A stretch of DNA of 63,553 bases, counting the filler, from Octopus bimaculoides (taxonomy: Eukaryota), in assembly GCF_001194135.2 (NCBI RefSeq). It is 5 parts of 4 records of this genome, joined end to end, with 100 filler letters (N's around TTAATTAATTAA, not from the genome) between each part and the next. Parts side by side here need not be neighbours in the genome. Positions count along the whole stretch, not along the records: positions 1 to 16,992 come from NC_068991.1; 4 more parts are not named here. One strand, 5' to 3'. The notes below the pieces were generated by a model. It did no database searches and was not told where the DNA came from. It was given only the letters and a program-made list of their open reading frames with translations. The translations under genes and the position numbers were made by a program. Below, in pieces: positions 1-11,168 of this stretch (position 1 is its first letter; every line of letters begins with the position of its first letter).

Positions 1-359
1 GTAGCTTTACTCTCTTTTACAAACCCAGTGAACATATATATATTTCCTATTTCAAAGAAATTCAAACAATACATATTACACCCAAGTTAAAAACATTCCC
101 AACAATTCAACTTCTCTGCTTGACATTAACACACCCACCCCCAATAGGGGCCTTAACTTCTACATTTTTCGGCTCCAAGAGCTCTGAAATTTTGGAATAT
201 GTGCATAAAAATTAATAGTATGGGATACATGTCTCATGATTAGAATTTTTTTAGGGTGTGTAAAGAGGGAAAGAACCCTCATGTGCAATTTTGATGAAAT
301 TCGAATCATATCTATTCCAGTTCCTTACAGGAAATATAAGAGAAAAGTCTCATCCTTCA

Positions 360-398
360 ATTGCATGTAACACGGGCAACGCCGGGTATCTCTGCTAG
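360..398 (+). mobile_element. 3' terminus of a non-autonomous Helitron (left boundary not determined)
   Basis: Imperfect GC hairpin CACGG-GCAACG-CCGGG (371-386), then CTAG (395-398) followed by T, the typical Helitron 3' end. Confidence 0.6.
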
Positions 399-547
399 TT
401 TAATTATAAAAATACAGCATGATATATTTTAATATACATTGAATGGCTATGGAGGTCCAGTAGAGTAAAATAGAAATCAAAGGGGTCCATAGGCAAAAAA
501 TGGATGAGAACCACCGGTCTATATATTATGATAGAAGATATTTACTG

Positions 548-710
548 GCATGGCTATGTGGTTAAGGAGTTTATTTCCTAACAATATGGTTCTGAGTTCA
601 GTCTCACTGTGTGGCACTTCAAGCAAATGTCTTTTACTCTAGCCTCGGGCTGACCAAAACTTTCTGAGTGGTTTAGGTAGAAAGAGATTAAAAGAAGCCA
701 GTCAAATACT
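548..710 (+). mobile_element. Degenerate tRNA-derived SINE, family A (5' part)
   Basis: Similar to the full-length copies at 12595-12979 and 49081-49492 (tggctatgtggttaag...gttcagtctcactg...agcctcgggctgacc). Confidence 0.6.
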
Positions 711-1216
711 GCTACTTCTACTACCATCAACATCACTGTCATCATCATCATCATTTTAACATCAACTTTTCTTTTCCATACTTGTATGGGTTAGATGGAA
801 ATCATTGCAACAAATTTTCTACAGGTTAATGCTCTTCCTGTTGCTTACCCTCCCCTGTTTCCAAACAAAGTAATATTTCCTCATGAACTAATATGTTTTA
901 CATCTGTCACATGAATTCGTGGGCAAAGAATAATTATATTCAATAAAATCTTTTGATGGTGTATAGAATAAACATATTTAATAGGAGTGTTAAATTAGGT
1001 GTCTCTCCATCTCTTTTGTTTAATTTTCAAAACAGCAAACCTCTTAAATTTCTTTTCTATACAAACTGATTAAAATGTGGTGTGCAAGAGAGACACTTAT
1101 AGTATTGTTTTTTTCTCTCAAAATATTACAACCTTTTCTTTTGCAAAAGATCAAGAAAGTATGTTTTCCTGAACATTGTAATGATTATGAAATAATGGGA
1201 AGAAATAAGAACTTAC

Positions 1217-1311
1217 ATGCAGTTTTCTATTTAGCTGTTTGTTTGAACAGGTAACTGTTTTGAAAACATGTCGTAAATCAGCAGAACCAATTAGCAGTAT
1301 ATTCACAGGAT
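1217..1311 (-). CDS. DNAAF3: Dynein axonemal assembly factor 3, coding exon 3: (D)PVNILLIGSADLRHVFKTVTCSNKQLNRKLH; the gene continues beyond position 1
   Basis: Acceptor ttttgatcAG and donor GTAAGT; phase 1 in, phase 0 out; matches the DNAAF3/PF22 N-terminal motif (D/N)xLLxGxxDxRHxxxT. Confidence 0.88.
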
Positions 1312-1378
1312 CTGATCAAAATAACATTACATACATAGAAACATTAAACATATGTATATATGTATAAGTATATACATA

Positions 1379-2177
1379 CAAGGGTTGGACAAAATAATGG
1401 AAACATCTAGCATCATAGTATCATAATTTTTAAATAACTATAGAACCGTCAAAAGCTTATTTATTTTTATGCTTAATATGTTTTGCTAAAATTGCTGTTT
1501 TTTTTCAGATATCATCAGTAAAAGGTAATTAAAATTCATTAAAATGACAGATCTATTGAACTTTCAAAGAAGTCAAATTGTTGGTGTTCGTATGGTAGGT
1601 GCTAGCGTAACAAAAACACCTGAAATGTTTGGTGTATCAAGAAATACTGTCTCGAAAGTAATGGCAGCCTTTGAGAAAGGGAAAAACCTCCTCGTCGAAA
1701 CAAAACTCCGGAAGAAAACCAAAACTTTCCGATAGGGACCATCAGACTCTTACACAAATCATTAGATAGGATCACAAAAGTACAGCTCACAAAATTACTG
1801 CTGAGCTTAATGACCACCTTGAGAACCCAGTTTCCACAAAAACTGTTCGCCGGAAGCTGCACAAACCTGGATTTCACAGGAGGGTTGCAATCAGAAAACC
1901 ACTACTTTCAAAAACAAAAGTTGCGAAGCGTTTAGAGTGGAGTAAAAACCTATAGAATTGGCCCCTAGAGCAGTGGAAGAATGTTATTTTCTCAGGTGAG
2001 TCATCCTTTACCTTATTTCCGACCACTGGCTGAGTATATGTGTGGAGACAGCTAAAAGAAGTATTTGACCCAGACTGCCTACTTCAAACTGTTAAACACG
2101 GAAGAGGACCTGTGATGATCCAGGAGGCTATATCTCGGAAGCCTGCCTGCTCAATGGTTCCCCATCATGGCACAATT
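1379..2177 (+). mobile_element. Decayed Tc1-like transposon (left TIR plus frameshifted transposase), truncated at an N gap
   Basis: TA then CAAGGGTTGGACAAAATAATGGAAAC TIR; ORF 1544 DLLNFQRSQIVGVRMVGASVTK...GVSRNTVSKV (paired-like HTH); later ESSFTLFPTTG*VYVWR and TVKHGRGPVMI (first D region of DDE). Confidence 0.9.
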
Positions 2178-2187
2178 NNNNNNNNNN

Positions 2188-2224
<37 letters not shown>

Positions 2225-3179
2225 TTTCCAAATAATATTCCCCCCCCATGGCGAGACATATTCTCAGGCATGTGTCACTGGGAACAAATAACACTATATG
2301 ATTATGACACTTGTTCACAAATCTTGTATGTTGTCAAGACAAGGAGACATAAATACACACACATATATATACCAATAATTCCATTTCATTATAAAACAGT
2401 CTTATGAGTAGTGGTGTGTTAGGCATTTGGACAAGGTGGCCTGCCCATCTGAGCTACGTTCTCCTCATATACAATGGTCTTCTTTCAGATTTCACATACT
2501 GAATCCACTAACAGGACTTAGGTTGGCTCTAGGCTATATAGAAGAAAATGCCATATAGTGGGAATGAACTTAAAAACCCCATGTGGTTTGGAAGTGAACT
2601 TCCTAACCATACAGCCATGTCACACATACATACAAAAGTGAGCTAAGAAAAATAACTCAAGTAGTTCAATGGCATGAATTCAGATAAATCTAGACAGGTG
2701 ATGATGTCTTGAAAGATTCACACAGCAAATTTATCTTTTAGTTTTGGAGAAAAAAACCAAACCGCAAAGGAAAGAGAACTTAATTTCAATAAATTAATAA
2801 ATTTCCCAGGAAATTGTATTTTCATGCTTAAGGAAGATGAGAGTTAAGGATGTACTTTAGTATTATTAAACCTCATTAGCTTACTTTGATTAAGGAATAT
2901 AGATTTTTATGAGTTGAAAGCATTACAAAGCATTTTGGCAATTAACTAGTGAGCTTGTTAAAAAATATATATTAGTGACAAAGGCAATATTAATACTATT
3001 TTAATTATCTATTCTTTTTATGACTTATAACTCTTGTTTTTCAGTCACTGAACCGTAACCATGCTGGAGTACTACCATCAAGAGGTGTTTAGTTGATCGT
3101 TGCTGCAGCAATCTCACTGCTTATATTAGACTGGTTCTTATTTCATCAGATTTTATTGATTAAATTTTTTTTCTTTTTC

Positions 3180-3495
3180 TTTTTGTCTTGCAAGTACTTG
3201 GTGATCCTGTCATTGCAGGTGCCTCTTAAAAGCACTCAGTCCACACTGTAAAGTGGTTGGTGTTCAGAAGGACATCCAGCTGTAAAAACCTTGCCAAAAC
3301 TGACCTCACCTGTGCTTGTGCCATGTAAAAAGCACTAAGACCACTCTGTAGAGTGGTTGGTGTTAGGAAGGGCATCCAGCTGTTAAAATCTTGCCAAAAC
3401 AGTCACAGAAGTTTGGTACAGACTTCTGCCTGGCCTGCTCTTGATAAACTGTCTCACCCATGCTAGCATGGAAGGCAAATGTTGGACAACAACGA
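3180..3495 (+). mobile_element. SINE family C (gtggttgg.gttaggaagggcatccagc...catg.tagcatggaa, (GAT)n tail), with an internal duplication
   Basis: Matches the copies at 10520, 61960 and 62670. Confidence 0.7.
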
Positions 3496-4508
3496 TGATG
3501 AAGATGAATATTTATCCCCACTTAAATGTGGATGTTCTATTAGAACAAACTTTATTGCAGTAGATACCACAAGAGAAACTTTCATATTGGCTTTTGGTAC
3601 AAAATGTACTCCTGCTTATATTGCTAGTGGGGAGATAAATGCCCAAAGCTCACTGGCTAATTGCGACACCAATGCTTGTTTTGGCACTGTTTTTCTATAT
3701 ATTGCTGGTGGGGGAGATGAATCATTGCTATTTCTAGCGATTTTGACCAGTATGATTTGCATAAATACAAACATAAATTTAAAGGGAATAACTCAGCTAA
3801 ATATGAAAATTCAATTTTCAGTGAAATTAATACTTAATTTCTTGAAATCATCTCTTTTGTCTAAAAGTTGCTAATAATTGTTGCTATTTTTTTTGCTTCC
3901 TTTCTTTAATATCTAATGGATTTCAGAATGCTACAATCCCAATTAAACATGAAGAACTAATAAAGAAGTATAAAAAATTCTTAATAAAAAGACAAAACCG
4001 AGATATAGGAGTATCTTTAACACACACAAACACAAAGCTTATGTCTCTAGCAGTTTGTAACTTGTCATTGTTACTGTAGTGTGCCCCTAACCAAAGCACT
4101 TAGTTCTCACTGGCCAAGTCCACTATTTTCTGAGTAGGATGAATTTTACTATTTGTTTCAGTTCTATTAGGAATGCTACATCATCTGGAAACATTATCTG
4201 TAAGAGAACCTTGTCCTAACTAAGGAAAAATTTGTGTCCTATTTGTTTTGTTTTGTGACACTACACAAAAGCTAGGTATTGCTTGAAGCAAAAACCAAAA
4301 AACCAAAAAAAAACATTCTATCTACCATGCAGGACACTACACAGGTTAGCAACTTTCATAAGGATCTGTAGTGTAGATTGAATTAACAGTCCCTAAAATG
4401 GCCTACTCCAAACTGTGTTGGTATACAAGACATTTTTAATGTTAATTGAAGCATAAAAACTGAATGACAGAATACCACCACTGATGAAAAAAAAATGAAG
4501 GAAAATAC

Positions 4509-4562
4509 CGTTTTCATTTGAATTATCTTCCAATTTCAACTTTTGGAGTTTATTTTCAGGTT
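4509..4562 (-). CDS. DNAAF3: DNAAF3 coding exon 2 (54 nt): (E)PENKLQKLKLEDNSNEN
   Basis: Acceptor catgtttcAG and donor GTATTT; phase 1/1 keeps the frame between exons 1 and 3; low-conservation linker at the expected position. Confidence 0.7.
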
Positions 4563-5663
4563 CTGAAACATGAATAATAAAATAAAATAAATCAGAATCA
4601 ATGAAACAGAAGCAACAAACCAACACTATCCTTCTGCTTCTGGACATACTGAGAATGAAGAGCAGGAATATCAATATTAAATTTTAAAATTAGAAAGTTC
4701 AGTCCAAATAGACAAGGATGGTGACTGTAGTACAGAAGGTAGAGATTCATGATAGATAGTTTCTTATCAGCCATTTCCCATTCTGTTCACCTCTAATGGT
4801 ACAATAATTGTTTATATTTTATTCCTCCATCTTGCAACACTTATGTAGTGATCACCTGAGTAGATTTTGTCAAGTAGTCTGTGAAGTGCAATTCACTCTG
4901 TAAAAGTAGATTCTTCTTTAGGCTACAGATCACAGTAAGAAATTTTAAGGTGAATAAGAAAAAGTAAATGACTCAATCAAGAAGTGAATCAACAATATAA
5001 AGTCAGCTGGCTTGGAGTTTATTTCAACTAAACTTCAATAAAAAAGTATTAAAAAAATGACTGTTGACTTTACTACAAACCTTCTCTTTCTCTGTTAACG
5101 AAGCACACAGACAGTGAATGGTTTGTCTACTGATTTCTATATCAGAATGAACAGTTTTCAGCTTAGCTCTGAATATCCAGGAATGTTCATCACAAAGGAG
5201 ACCAAATGAGGATGAAACACCATGTCTGATGATTGACCAATGATGACATTCTGAGTGAATTCTGTGTTTTTTTAACGCACATGCCTCTTTGATAAGTTTC
5301 TCCGAGACAAAATATTACAGCTAGTGCTGTTCCACACTTGTATACACATAGTAAATGTTGTACACATCATTACTATGCTATTATAACCACTTTTCTCAAG
5401 TGTCTGAAATTGTGTGCCTAGTTTTATGTTGTATAGCCATGTGACAATGTGTGAATACTAGTGAGTGAAAGATAAAGCTAAGCCTTACAACTATGGAAAC
5501 CACTGCAGGCTACTAATGAAGGTTCCTGCATTACTAAGGATTACATGAACTTTTCTGCCTCTTACTTGCTGAAAGATTTCTGAGGTATTTGGAAACTAAC
5601 AAGATAATTAAAAAATTACTATTTTTAAATCTCACAAAGAGAGATATTCAGTAACAGTACTTT

Positions 5664-5932
5664 GGAGTAAAGATTTTTGACAACATAACATGGCAGTCTT
5701 GGTTGAGGACAAATGTTGCTGTAATTCAGCCTTAGGAGATATCATCTCCAGCTGGCTATACAACACGATCTGTGTCCTTATATTTTTGAACAAGGAATTC
5801 CCTTGTTCGAAAATATAAGGACACAGATCATGTCATATAGCCAGCTGGAGATGATATCTCCTGGGGCTAAATTACAGCAACATTTGTCCTCAACCAAGAC
5901 TGCTATGTTATGTTGTCAAAAATCTTTATTCC
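5664..5932. repeat. 269-bp near-perfect palindrome (two 132-bp arms, 5-nt centre)
   Basis: Left arm versus reverse complement of right arm shows 9 mismatches by my count, all transitions; centre CAAGG-AATTC-CCTTG. Confidence 0.95.
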
Positions 5933-5984
5933 TAACAAGATAATGAAATGGACATTTGAACCAATATTCTGTCTCTTCTAATAC

Positions 5985-6270
5985 AAGTCAGTTTGTCTCA
6001 GATTAATGGCAAAAGACCAGATGGTATGACTTTGTATCCTTGGAGGAAGAGACACTGTATACTCTGGGATATTGCAGTGGTGGATTTTTTTGCTGCAAGT
6101 CATATCATTAATTGTAATGTTTTTATGGATTCTACTGCTTTATCGGCAGAACAGAAATTTCTAAATATTTAGTATTATCCACAAACCATGCCTTTTCAAC
6201 TAACTGCTTTTGAAACCACTAGTGGTTGTGGTCGTTTAATAGAATGTTTTTTGTCTGAGTTTTGTTTAAA
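5985..6270 (+). mobile_element. Fragment of a CRE-like non-LTR retrotransposon, restriction-like endonuclease domain
   Basis: Translation INGKRPDGMTLYPWRKRHCILWDIAVVDFFAASH ... SAEQK ... FQLTAFETTSGCG fits the RPDG-x-PW...WD-x-V...AE-xx-K RLE signature. Confidence 0.7.
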
Positions 6271-6524
6271 GTTTGAAAACAAGGCGCACGGCTCCGCGAA
6301 AGGACCTTACCAACCATTGTATGGGACAGTGCTGTCAATGGCCTCTTATGTTTCTGCTAATCTATTTTCCAGTGAGCAGTTTTTATTTTTTTTATTACTA
6401 TGCACTTATATTTTATACAAACTATCACATGTAACTCCCTCAGGGACATAAGCAAAAAGACGCAGAGTACTGTTCCTAAAAGTAAACATTAACAGAAAAA
6501 TCAAAATTAGAATGACTGCTTTAC

Positions 6525-6591
6525 CTGATTCTAAAAGATTAATACATGGACTGTATCCCCAGAAAGATATATTACCGTAGCCATCAATCAT
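6525..6591 (-). CDS. DNAAF3: DNAAF3 coding exon 1: MIDGYGNISFWGYSPCINLLES
   Basis: ATG at 6591-6589 and donor GTAAAG at 6524; matches the DNAAF3 N-terminus G(F/Y)GxxxxWGxSPxxxL; exons 1-3 sum to 216 nt = 72 codons in frame. Confidence 0.88.
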
Positions 6592-6967
6592 TTTTGTAAA
6601 AAACAACTATATTATTAAGAGCATAAAAGTGTATGAAACGTATTAACGTGAGCTTGAATTTGTTGTGATCTATTGCTTAGCAACCTATTACTCTGCATAA
6701 AAAATATCATGAATAGAAAAACGTTTAAATCTCATTATGAAAATAATTTCAAGTAATAGATAATTAAAAGTAAATTTTTAATGTATTAAAATATTCTAAA
6801 ATTTTATTAGTTCTAAGAATAAAAAATTCTATTTGCTGCGAGCTTAATGTTATGGTTTTATAGTTCCCGCTTTTGGAATTCACATCTTATTTTCTGCTTA
6901 ATTCCTTAAAGATAACTGATTATTTATATTCATTTTAAAATTGTTTGTTAATATCTTTTTAGACGAC
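6592..6967. promoter_or_regulatory. Probable bidirectional promoter and 5' UTRs shared by DNAAF3 and CWF19L1
   Basis: Divergent start codons only 376 bp apart, with no repeat recognised between them. Confidence 0.75.
6672..6684 (-). promoter_or_regulatory. RFX X-box-like motif GTTGCTAAGCAAT
   Basis: Near-palindromic 13-mer with a perfect GTTGCTA half-site, 81 bp upstream of the ATG of a ciliary gene. Confidence 0.55.
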
Positions 6968-6990
6968 ATGGAAAATAAACAATTGAAAAT
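6968..6990 (+). CDS. CWF19L1: CWF19-like protein 1, coding exon 1: MENKQLK(I)
   Basis: ATG followed by donor GTAAGT at 6991; phase 2 joins exon 2 to give LKILVCGD. Confidence 0.8.
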
Positions 6991-7373
6991 GTAAGTAGTG
7001 ATTACTGTTACTGTTGTTTTTACTTGATCGATTTTCGTAATAAATTCAGTAGCGTGAACACGTTTTAGTCCGACAAACTTAATGAACTGAAGGGAAGACG
7101 TAAGGAAAAGGAGTTTCTTCTTCGCACTTGATTGCTATTCTAGAAGTCAAGCCAAAGTTTCGTTGATTTGAGAGAGTACTTTCAGGATATGAAGTACAAA
7201 GATACTAAATATGGGGAGAAAATATACCAAGCTATGAAGAAAGAAGCTTATCAATTTATGTTGAGCGAACAACTTCGGCATAACTACAGATTTCTGCCCC
7301 ACCGACTTTGGATGATCTGTCAAGTACTCAGTCAAGATATATTTTTATAGTGTGTTCTAGGTGTTAATGGAAT

Positions 7374-7465
7374 GGCGGAGGTAAAGAATACGCACACCAT
7401 CCGTTTTCGGCGTAACACTAACCGTAAACCCTAAACTCTGGGTGTGCGTATTCTTTACCTTCGCC
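7374..7465. mobile_element. 92-bp MITE with 25-bp TIRs, an 8-bp TSD (AATGGAAT) and a degenerate (TAACCC)n-like core
   Basis: GGCGGAGGTAAAGAATACGCACACC ... GGTGTGCGTATTCTTTACCTTCGCC (1 mismatch); AATGGAAT at 7366-7373 and 7466-7473. Confidence 0.85.
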
Positions 7466-9151
7466 AATGGAATTATAATTGAAATAAAATTATGAAACAC
7501 TGTAACTGTTTGGGTAAAACTTTCGGCAATTTTTCGTTTTATCATTGAGAAAGTAAAACCACTTGGAAGAGATTGGCTTAATGAAACGAAAGTAAAATAA
7601 TGTACGGCAGTACTCAAATCTCGGCTATAAACTGAATGGGAAATAATGTACCATAGCACACGATTAATCTCGGCCATAAATGAAACTGGAAAACTATTTG
7701 AAACTGGAAGTTTATTTCGGCATCATAAGAGGATCGTGGACTAGAGATAGTGAAACATCACAGCCTTTGATGTGTTCTTGTGCCTGTCTCGAAGTGCCTC
7801 CCCCCCTTTACAAGCTGTCATGGCTCAGCACATTTGTACAAGGACCCTGTATGTAACTGATGGAAGGCGTGCTTACCAATTGCTGCCATACCACTCAATG
7901 ATAAACTGAAGTCAACATCTCAATGATTCCAACAATGCAACTTTCCACAAAAATACCAAGGGAAGAGCAGAGATTAAAATCGAAGACAAATATTGTGCCA
8001 TGCATTTGTACACTAGGCAATCTCTTTAATACCAATTTGTAGGAATTTTGTAGGTGTTCTCGGGAATAGAACACATGCATTTGGGAGTACAGGCTTCCCC
8101 TACATTACAGCTATTTCAGGTTACTAAAATCAAGTATGGCCACTAGTTTTGGGATGTGGGCTGTAATTTCACCCTTATAGAAAGAGATAAATTTTAAGAA
8201 TTTAAAAATTATGCTTTCTTCTTAGCTTAAAGCCCACTCCAAAGTAGTTCATATTTTGTAAAACTATAATCACAATACATAGATACATATATGTATATGT
8301 GTGTGTGTATGCATGTATTTGTATATGCTTCACTATAAGCACTTATGGATTGTGAGATGGAATTTTTCACCATGAATATTTGTGTATATTTTTTTGGATC
8401 ACTATATCTATCTGTCTATTTATCTATCTACCTGTCTATCAGTCTACCTACCTATCTAAATTAATCTTTACCACCACCACCACTATCTATTGTCAGTACC
8501 AATATAACTGCCATCAACACCAAAATCAATATAACCACCACCATTACCAACCTACTAAGTCCTTAACGATTGACAACAATAACATCAACAAGCAACTCCA
8601 TCTAAAATGATCATGAGATAATGTTGTACCTTAGTGTGTTTTAAAAGTTGAATAAAATGTTTTTTATCTTTGATCAGTGAGGATCGACTTTAGACTAAAC
8701 AGGAATAACAATGCAATTAATAAGAATAGTATGACTACCATCATCAACAGTGCTAGTCACCACCACCACTTCAAATCCACTAAGTTTTGAATAATTGGCA
8801 ACAGCAATAATAATATCAGCATGACATAGCTACCTGTAGCTACATGTGTTGTATGTTAACACAGTAGTGTGTGTCTATGTGTGAGAAGAGAGTGGAATTT
8901 TTATGGCTCATGTCAGTGGTACAAAGAGTTTTAATACCCATAAGCTTGGCAACCATTCAACTAACTGTCATCATGCAGTACTTCCTCCCACCTCTCCTTC
9001 ACTCTTTTACCTCATTTCCATTCTTACAACTATAGGAATAAAACAGCATTTTTTGTTGTTTCACAAAAGTTCTCTGGTGTTTTTCTTTACTATATGTTTG
9101 TCATGGATAATTGTTGATCATCACTGCTATTGGATGTACCTACAGTTCAAA

Positions 9152-10330
9152 ATGTCTGGAAAAAAACGATCAGTTGGAACTAAAGGCCGTAGTGTGAGAG
9201 GAAAATGTAAAAGGCTTACACTGGATATTAAACTTGGTGTTTTAAAAAGGCTTAGTCCAGGAGAAAAAAAATTAGCTGCATTGACAAAGCAGTAAAGCTT
9301 GCATTATCTACATGGGGAGTAATATGTGACATTAGAGAGAAACTACATTAACTCTGTTGATGAAACTACACTTTTCTGGCGGCTCATGTCTGTTAGAACT
9401 TTTATTTGTTAAGAAGAAAAATCAGCACTAAGATTTAAGGCTTCTAAAAATCATTTAGTTCTGGGAGGAAAGTCTTTGGGTTATGCAGAGCTTAATTTAC
9501 CTGTGATTTGGTCTTCAAATACAAAGGTATGGATGATGAAGAGCCTGTTCAGAAAGTTGTTTATAAAGATTTTTTCCCTGCTGTAGAAAGGTATAGCACC
9601 AGATATAATATTTCCAACAAAGCATTGCTCCTTTTAGATAATGCAACAAACCACTTAGTGAATTTAAATGAACTTTCTGATAATGTGAAGGTAGATTATA
9701 TCCCCTGATCATACAAATGTTTTGCTCCGGCCAATAGATTAAGGTGTGACAGCTAACTTCAAGGCATATTATCTGAGAGCTTCAAATAACTTATGAAAGC
9801 AATTGACAGGAAACATAAACCTACAATTATGGACAACATAGCTGAGTCATGGAACGAAACCCTCAACTTTGAATGGTGCTTGTAAAAATATATGGCCAGA
9901 TTGTATCCATGACTATACAAGTTTTTCACGAGCTAAATGTCTACATCAGATTTGGAAATCTATTGTGACAATTGCAAATAAAATAAGGTTTGAAGGAGTC
10001 ATAGAGGATAGTGTAGTTGAGTTTCTAGTGTTCCCTTGGAGAAAGTATATCTAAAGAGAAACTGATGCTGTTAGAACAAAAGCAAGCTGAGAATACAGAT
10101 GTATGGAAACTCAATCAACTCCACTTAAATTGTCTGCAAAGAATATTGCTAATGGTTTGGTACTTATAGAGGAAGATCTGCAAGTTTCTGCTGACAACAA
10201 TCTTATTTGTGAACATTACATAAAAATTATAAGGAGTTTACTATGGGCTCAGTTTCTACACTGAGCTGTATGAAAATATAATGTAAACATAAACATCAGT
10301 CTAATTTAAATAAATTCTTGCCCTTTAATT
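9152..10330 (+). mobile_element. Decayed Tigger/pogo-family transposase (CENP-B HTH plus DDE_1), many stops and frameshifts; ends approximate
   Basis: KRLTLDIKLGVLKRL (HTH), NSVDETTLFW, KALLLLDNATNH, LRPID*GVTANFKAYYLR. Confidence 0.85.
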
Positions 10331-10519
10331 AAATGATGATGATGAACTATAAAATAGAAGATAGTGTTCCTCATCCTCCCATTAACTCATTCCACTATCA
10401 CCATTCTTCACATAGTAGTCAACATTGTTTATAGTGAGAACATACCCTATTACAATATTATGATTCTTATTCATTCCATAATATATTTCTTCTCTTCAAA
10501 TGCTTTTATGAATAAATAT

Positions 10520-10735
10520 GGTTGGTGCCATGTTCAAAGCACTGGTACTGGTGCCACATAAAAAGTACCCAGTATACTCTGTAAAGTGGTTGGCGTTAGG
10601 AAGGGCATCCAGCCATAGAAAACCATTCCAGAACAGACAATGGAGCCTGGTGTGGTCCCTGACCTTACTGGCGCATGTCAAACTATCCAGCCCATGCAAG
10701 CATGGAAAGTGAACATTATATGATGATGATGATAC
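10520..10735 (+). mobile_element. SINE family C
   Basis: gtggttggcgttaggaagggcatccagc ... catgcaagcatggaaag and a (GAT)n tail. Confidence 0.75.
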
Positions 10736-11083
10736 TGTTTATATTTAGAAATTATTTTCATACATAAAAGTGCTTAATTGGATTAACTTAGAAAAATGAA
10801 GGATACTGTTGACATTGCCAGATTTTGAATGTAGAAAAACAGAAGTGAATACTCTAAGACATTTTAGTGTAACACTTGCACCGTTCTTTAGTTTCTCAGT
10901 TTTTTTTTCTTGCTATAGTTTCAGCTCAGAGCTGCGGCCATGCTGATGCACCAATCATTGGTTTACAGAGAACTTGAAGCTTGAATGTTACCCTTACATT
11001 TTGTTTAACATTTATTCATTTTTATGTATGGGCAGAATTTAATTTCAAATATGAGTGAATCTTTTCTTTATTTTATTTTGCAG

Positions 11084-11168
11084 ATTAGTTTGTGGAGATG
11101 CTGAAGGAAATTTTAAGACATTATTTTCAAGAGTTACCAACATCCAGAAAAAAAATGGCCCATTTGAT
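11084..11168 (+). CDS. CWF19L1: CWF19L1 coding exon 2: [28 protein letters not shown]
   Basis: Acceptor ttttgcAG and donor GTAAGT; metallophosphoesterase-like xCGDxxG motif of CWF19L1. Confidence 0.95.

Noticed and set aside
3479-3874. 131-aa ORF with LYIAGG (Kelch-like) and an internal ~26-bp direct repeat
   Set aside because: It starts in a SINE tail, lies antisense in DNAAF3 intron 2, and has no repeat series or convincing splice sites.
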